Below the pieces are notes generated by a model. That model had not been told where the DNA came from. It saw only the letters and a program-made list of their open reading frames with translations, and made no database searches. A program made the position numbers and the translations under genes. This document shows, one piece after another, positions 6,631 through 10,598 of a stretch of 10,598 bases of DNA. This stretch comes from an uncultured Anaerolineales bacterium (GTDB taxonomy: Bacteria; Chloroflexota; Anaerolineae; Anaerolineales; CAYZNA01), in contig CAYZNA010000013.1 of NCBI GenBank assembly GCA_964478665.1, positions 5,923 through 16,520 on the forward strand, in the 5' to 3' direction. Within the stretch, counting starts at the first letter, position 1, and every line of letters begins with the position of its first letter.

Positions 6631-7644
6631 TTACGTCTTCTTCTCCTCTTTCAAGGACAGCACGCGCGCCCAGCGATCCAGGGCAATGGCATAGGTCTTG
6701 TTGATGGGCAGGTGCGTGGCGCGCATCTCGTCCAGCAGATCCAGCTTCTTGTTGCCCACCGTCACCATGGCGCGCAGGTCCAGCCCGCCGTCGGCGCGGC
6801 GCGCCATGCTCAGCCAGGTCACTTTTGCCTCGCCGCCGTTCAGCAGTGCGTGCTTTGCCTCCTGCTTGCACAGGTCGTAAAACTGCGTCTGGCGGGTGAA
6901 GATGTAGGGCGGCGCGTGGTCATCTGCTGCGACGAAGTAAAAGCGAAGCCCCTGGCGCGCCGCGGCCTGCGCGGCGAGGACGTACCCCATCCAGTAGGCC
7001 ACGCCCAGGTAGACCTCCAGCACTTCTCTCATCCCGATCTCGACGACCGGCGCCGTGAATGGCAGGCCTAGCTGGGACGCCAGCTCGCGCAGCAGGCTCG
7101 GATAGCCCACCAGCGCCAGCGGGGCCAGCAGCCCGGCCACCACGCTGAAACTGATCGGGCTCCACGCGCGGCCGATCGCGCGCATTAGCCCGATGAGCGC
7201 GCGCGGCACGTCAGGCCCGTCCAGCCCGCGCGCAATGGCGCGCACGGCTTGCTGCACGCGTCGCGTCGCGCGCGCGCTCCACTCGTCAAACGCCGCCAGG
7301 AAGGCGAATATCAGCCCCAGGAAGGCAATCGCCAACCCGCCGCTTATCCCCCAGACCCCATCGGCCCGGACGAAGAACAGCAACCCCACGAACCAGCCGA
7401 GCAGCAGGGTCAGCGCGCCCGGCAGCAACCCGCGCAACTCGCCCATCAGCACCTCCGGGGTCAGCCGGTTCAGCACGCCCCTGTGCCACTCCTGCCACTG
7501 CCGGTTCTGCGAGTGACAGCGCACGCAGACGGTCTCGTTCTCCGGCAGCGGTTCGCGGCAGGCAATGCAGGCCACGCTGCGCGGCACGACCGGCGGCGTC
7601 TCAGGGGCAGCGGCCCCGGCGGTCTCAGCGGGCATCGTGGACAT
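6631..7644 (-). CDS. Polytopic membrane protein with N-terminal zinc ribbon (CxxC-x11-CxxC) and a ~100-aa C-terminal soluble domain. Function unknown.
   Basis: ATG at 7644 (MSTMPAET…) is preceded on the minus strand by GAGGAG with a 6-nt spacer. The ORF-track start at 7797 would overlap the upstream gene by about 170 nt. Zinc ribbon is CIACREPLPENETVCVRCHS. At least four hydrophobic helices follow (LLPGALTLLLGWFVGLLFFV, GISGGLAIAFLGLIFAFLAAF, VVAGLLAPLALVGY, VYLGVAYWMGYVLAA). The hydrophilic C-terminus ends KEEKKT. Confidence 0.65.
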   Translation of the reverse strand: MSTMPAETAGAAAPETPPVVPRSVACIACREPLPENETVCVRCHSQNRQWQEWHRGVLNRLTPEVLMGELRGLLPGALTLLLGWFVGLLFFVRADGVWGISGGLAIAFLGLIFAFLAAFDEWSARATRRVQQAVRAIARGLDGPDVPRALIGLMRAIGRAWSPISFSVVAGLLAPLALVGYPSLLRELASQLGLPFTAPVVEIGMREVLEVYLGVAYWMGYVLAAQAAARQGLRFYFVAADDHAPPYIFTRQTQFYDLCKQEAKHALLNGGEAKVTWLSMARRADGGLDLRAMVTVGNKKLDLLDEMRATHLPINKTYAIALDRWARVLSLKEEKKT

Positions 7645-8353
7645 CGGCAGGCTCCTCAACTCTAGTCCTGAAAAGTCGCAGCGCGTCGCCCGCGGCAGGC
7701 GCGTTGCCCGATCCGGGGGCCGGGGCCGCTGGCCGGGCGCCGGTTGCCAGTCCGGGCGCGGGAGCGCCTGTCGCGCCCGGCGCCCCGTGCTGGCCATCGG
7801 CCCAGTCGCGCAGCAGGGCGAGGCGACGCCACAGCCGGCTCAGGGTCGGGCTTCCGTCCAGATTGTGCAACAAGTCCAGCCCGGAGGTGCACACTCGAGA
7901 GACGCACAGCCAGTGGCTGGTCTGAGCGTAAGCAACCGCCAGCCCGCACAGGCTGGCGGCCTGCAGCGGGTCAGCGTGGAAAGAAGCGCGAAAGCTGCTG
8001 GCGCTCCGCTCGTAGGCGCGCACGGCCAGGTCTGACTTCTGCTCCACGCAATGGCAACCTCCGGCATACCCGTGGAGCATGCCCTGCACAACGGTCGGCA
8101 CCAGATGATCCACGCGGTTGCTGCGGACCGTCTCCATCGCCTGCAGCCCGTGCGTCACCCGAACAAGCGCGCCGGCCCAATCGCGCCGATTCCAATCCGT
8201 GCGGGTCTGCTCGACGTAGCGCACGAGCGCCGGCTCACCCTGCAACGCCCGCCGCACTTGCTCGCTGCAGTCCCACAGCAGCAGTTGGAGCGTGTCCACG
8301 ACCTCCACAGCGATGTCCGAGAGCACGAGCGGTTCACGCAGATCAGCAAGCAT
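7625..8353 (-). CDS. Hypothetical, predicted alpha-helical soluble protein with a Pro/Ala/Gly-rich low-complexity C-terminal tail
   Basis: ATG at 8353 (MLADLREPLVL…) is preceded on the minus strand by GGAGGA with an 8-nt spacer. The longer ORF-track start at 8473 would overlap the upstream gene's 3' end. The tail reads GAPGATGAPAPGLATGARPAAPAPGSGNAPAAG. It overlaps the downstream gene start by 20 nt (7625-7644). No recognisable domain. Confidence 0.55.
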   Translation of the reverse strand: MLADLREPLVLSDIAVEVVDTLQLLLWDCSEQVRRALQGEPALVRYVEQTRTDWNRRDWAGALVRVTHGLQAMETVRSNRVDHLVPTVVQGMLHGYAGGCHCVEQKSDLAVRAYERSASSFRASFHADPLQAASLCGLAVAYAQTSHWLCVSRVCTSGLDLLHNLDGSPTLSRLWRRLALLRDWADGQHGAPGATGAPAPGLATGARPAAPAPGSGNAPAAGDALRLFRTRVEEPADVHDAR

Positions 8354-8408
8354 GTCAGGTATCCTCCATAGATTCAGAGCGCCGTCAACCGAGCCTGGCT
8401 TTCCGGCC

Positions 8409-10598
8409 TCATGTCGTCTGCCCGGCGCCGGCGTCCTCGCCGGCCGGCGGCGGTTCGGCCGCCATCTCCCCACGCGCAGGCGCAGCGGGGAGGATCTGCT
8501 CTCTGGCGAGGAAGGCCGCCAGGGCCTCGATCTTTGAAAGGTCGCTGAAAGCGGCCAGGCGCACGAGCATCTCCATCAGCCCCTTGTCCTCAAGGATCTG
8601 CGGATCCGCCTGGCCCAGCACCGCAAGCAACTGCCGCAGGTACTCCACGCGCGCCAGCGCCTCGCCGCGGCCGGTGATAGCCTTCGCTTCGGCCTTGCCA
8701 CGCGCACGATCCACGTCCGCGTGAGCCATCAATTGGGCCAGTTCGGCCTGCATCCCCGCGCGGATGCGCTCTGCCTCCATTTCGGCCTCCACCTCCGCAC
8801 CTCTTGCTTGTTTGAGCAAGCCGGCGACATCGCGGGCAGCTTCGAGCTCGCGCTTGCGGTCGGCCAGTCTGACCGCTTCCTTCGCCGACTCTTTCCAGGC
8901 GTCGGTCCTGGCGTGTTCCACTTCCGCCCAGCGGCGCCATTGAATATCCCAGATTTGCAGCAGCCGCTCACTCACATCGCGGGGCATGCGCAGTTCGTCG
9001 AGCGTGACGCGCACTACCTCCACCCCCCAGCGCTGCGCCAGCCGGTCCAGCCGGCGTTGAAGTTCGAACTGCAGCGGTGCGCGCGGGGAAAGCTGCCCGT
9101 CCATCACCGTGCTGCGCGGGTCGAAGATCAGCTCCAGATAGCGGGCGGAGATCGCCTCGCGCAGGGCGGCGCGGGCCGCCTGCTCGGTCTGCTGGCGCCA
9201 GTCGGCCGCGTTCAACGCGGCCCGGCGCAGCACGTCATCCTCCAATACGTAGCGGCCCTCGGTTACCAGTGCGGCCTCGTCCTGCATGATGCGGTATTGG
9301 ATGGAGAACTTCACCTTCAGCGGCACGCCCTCGCGGGAGTAGACCGTTTCCTCGCTCTGGTCAATGGCCTGCGTTTGCAGGCGCAGATCGAACACTGCCC
9401 GCAGCGCCTCACCGAACTGGGTGACCACCATGCCCGGCCCGGATACCCGCGAGACTTGCCCAAAGCGCTCGAACACGCCGGCGCTGGCTCCGGTAAGCAG
9501 CACCAGCCCCGGTCCCGGCAGGCGCAGCGGCCCGCTGCCCTGCAAGGCGCCGTCCACCACCTGCTGAAAGGCGCTAAACCACGGGTTGCGTGGCCACACT
9601 GCGGCCATCATGGCGCCAAACAGGCGGCGCCGGCCCTCCGCCCGATCCACCGCGTGCCAGTCGGCCAGCACGCCGGCGGCCAGCCACCACGCGGCCAGGG
9701 CGGAGCCGGCCAGCGCGGTCAGCGCCAGCAGCGCCGCCAGCACAGCGCGGCGGGTGCGCGCGGGGCGCGCCGTTTGCGGGAGCGGAATCGCGCCCACTTC
9801 CGCCACGTAGGCCCCCTCCTTCGTGGCCACCAGCAGGCGGCCGCGCGCCGCGTCCACAATCAGCAGCCTGCCATCCAGGCCCAGCGCCAGAGAAGTGGGG
9901 GTAAACGGCCCGCGCAGATCGCTGATCTGACGCAGATACCTGCCGTCGGCGCCGAACACTGCCACCCGGCGGTGTCCGCTGTCGGCCACAAAGGCCGTCC
10001 CCTGCCAGTCCACCGCCACATCCGTGGGATACGATAGCTGGGCCTCCGGCGGGGCATCTTTGAGCGGCAGCGTGGTGGTGAGGGTGCGCGTGACCGGCTC
10101 GAACACCCAGATGACATTGCTGAGTGGGTCAGCCAGATGGAGTTGGCCGCTTTCGGGGTAAATGCCCAGCCCGCCGGGGGAAACGAAGACGTGGGGGGTG
10201 TCGTCGCCCCTGTCACCCAGGCCGGTCACAGCCCCATCGGGCTTGATGATCTGCACCCGCCGGTTCTCGGCGTCGGCGACGTAAAGGTTGCCTTGCCTGT
10301 CTTCCAGCGCGTCAGTGGGTGAGCGGAACTGCTTCAGGGCGGCGCCAACCTCACCCAGCGGCTCAATTGTGGCGCCGTCGTCGAACAGACGAAACAGGCG
10401 GTGCTGTCCCGGGTCGGTGACAATCAGGTGCTCGTGTGCCTGCCAGTCGTCGCCGTCGCGCTTCGGGGCAAGGAACAGGCCGTCCGGCTGCACCAGCTCA
10501 CCCCGCATCCACTCGTTCACTGGTTGCAGTGTCCTGTCGAGCACCACTACCCGATGCGCCAGCAGGTCCCCCACGTACACCTTCTCATCGGAGGCGGC
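8409..10598 (-). CDS. Fusion protein: NHL-repeat beta-propeller + single TM helix + SPFH/band-7 (flotillin/stomatin/prohibitin-like) domain with E/A-rich coiled coil. 5' end outside the window.
   Basis: The frame stays open beyond 10598 (…AASDEK VYVGDLLAHR), so the gene is 5'-partial. NHL blades: GNLYVADAENRRVQIIKPDG, TAFVADSGHRRVAVFGADGRYL, LLIVDAARGRLLVATKEG, LHLADPLSNVIWVF. TM is RRAVLAALLALTALAGSALAAWWLAAGVLA (about 9665-9752). SPFH core is VFERFGQVSRVSGPGMVV…LKVKFSIQYRI. A flotillin-like E/A/R-rich coiled coil follows (RKRELEAARDVAGLLKQARGAEVEAEMEAERIRAGMQAELAQL). Stop TGA (revcomp) at 8409-8411. Confidence 0.85.
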   Translation of the reverse strand, partial: AASDEKVYVGDLLAHRVVVLDRTLQPVNEWMRGELVQPDGLFLAPKRDGDDWQAHEHLIVTDPGQHRLFRLFDDGATIEPLGEVGAALKQFRSPTDALEDRQGNLYVADAENRRVQIIKPDGAVTGLGDRGDDTPHVFVSPGGLGIYPESGQLHLADPLSNVIWVFEPVTRTLTTTLPLKDAPPEAQLSYPTDVAVDWQGTAFVADSGHRRVAVFGADGRYLRQISDLRGPFTPTSLALGLDGRLLIVDAARGRLLVATKEGAYVAEVGAIPLPQTARPARTRRAVLAALLALTALAGSALAAWWLAAGVLADWHAVDRAEGRRRLFGAMMAAVWPRNPWFSAFQQVVDGALQGSGPLRLPGPGLVLLTGASAGVFERFGQVSRVSGPGMVVTQFGEALRAVFDLRLQTQAIDQSEETVYSREGVPLKVKFSIQYRIMQDEAALVTEGRYVLEDDVLRRAALNAADWRQQTEQAARAALREAISARYLELIFDPRSTVMDGQLSPRAPLQFELQRRLDRLAQRWGVEVVRVTLDELRMPRDVSERLLQIWDIQWRRWAEVEHARTDAWKESAKEAVRLADRKRELEAARDVAGLLKQARGAEVEAEMEAERIRAGMQAELAQLMAHADVDRARGKAEAKAITGRGEALARVEYLRQLLAVLGQADPQILEDKGLMEMLVRLAAFSDLSKIEALAAFLAREQILPAAPARGEMAAEPPPAGEDAGAGQTT

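Noticed and set aside
8721-10037. 438-aa plus-strand ORF, plus 7744..8724, opposite the NHL–SPFH gene and its neighbour
   Set aside because: It is antisense to a gene with strong NHL, TM and SPFH signatures. Its products are Arg/Pro/Ala-rich low-complexity strings. Shadow ORFs.
1-10598. Search for CRISPR repeats, tRNA/rRNA genes, IS-element terminal inverted repeats or integrase/transposase ORFs
   Set aside because: There are no regularly spaced direct repeats, no tRNA-like cloverleaf segments and no transposase-like ORFs. The whole window is accounted for by the eleven protein-coding genes and short spacers.

Overview
This is a GC-rich bacterial window with strong G/C preference at third codon positions and GGAGG-type Shine-Dalgarno sites. 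It is densely coding in two convergent blocks. The plus-strand block (1..6601) is an eight-gene, tightly spaced operon-like array built around a four-subunit ATP-dependent aryl-CoA reductase of the class I benzoyl-CoA reductase / 2-hydroxyacyl-CoA dehydratase family. The reductase order and sizes are Bzd/Bad-like: two HgdAB-type Fe-S subunits followed by two distinct HgdC/BcrAD-type ATPases, each keeping the two cluster-bridging cysteines. The operon opens with a 5'-truncated MenB/BadI/Oah-like crotonase-fold C-C hydrolase that carries an unexpected C-terminal CxxC..CxxC zinc ribbon. It ends with a small unknown ORF, a VOC/glyoxalase (methylmalonyl-CoA-epimerase-like) protein and a hemerythrin (HHE) domain protein. 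A GGGGAGGG/CCCTCCCC hairpin sits in the 29-nt gap where the two blocks converge. The minus-strand block (10598..6631) has three genes. The first (5' end outside the window) is an unusual single-polypeptide fusion of an NHL beta-propeller, one transmembrane helix and an SPFH/band-7 flotillin-like domain with an E/A-rich coiled coil. The second is an alpha-helical hypothetical with a Pro/Ala/Gly-rich tail, and the third is a polytopic membrane protein with an N-terminal zinc ribbon, overlapping the second by 20 nt. No rRNA, tRNA, CRISPR array or IS element was recognised. The ORF track shows 'M' for GTG starts. I used internal ATGs with a Shine-Dalgarno site where they exist, and treated the two edge ORFs as partial because their frames stay open to the window boundary. 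Long antisense ORFs are GC-driven shadows of the real genes.
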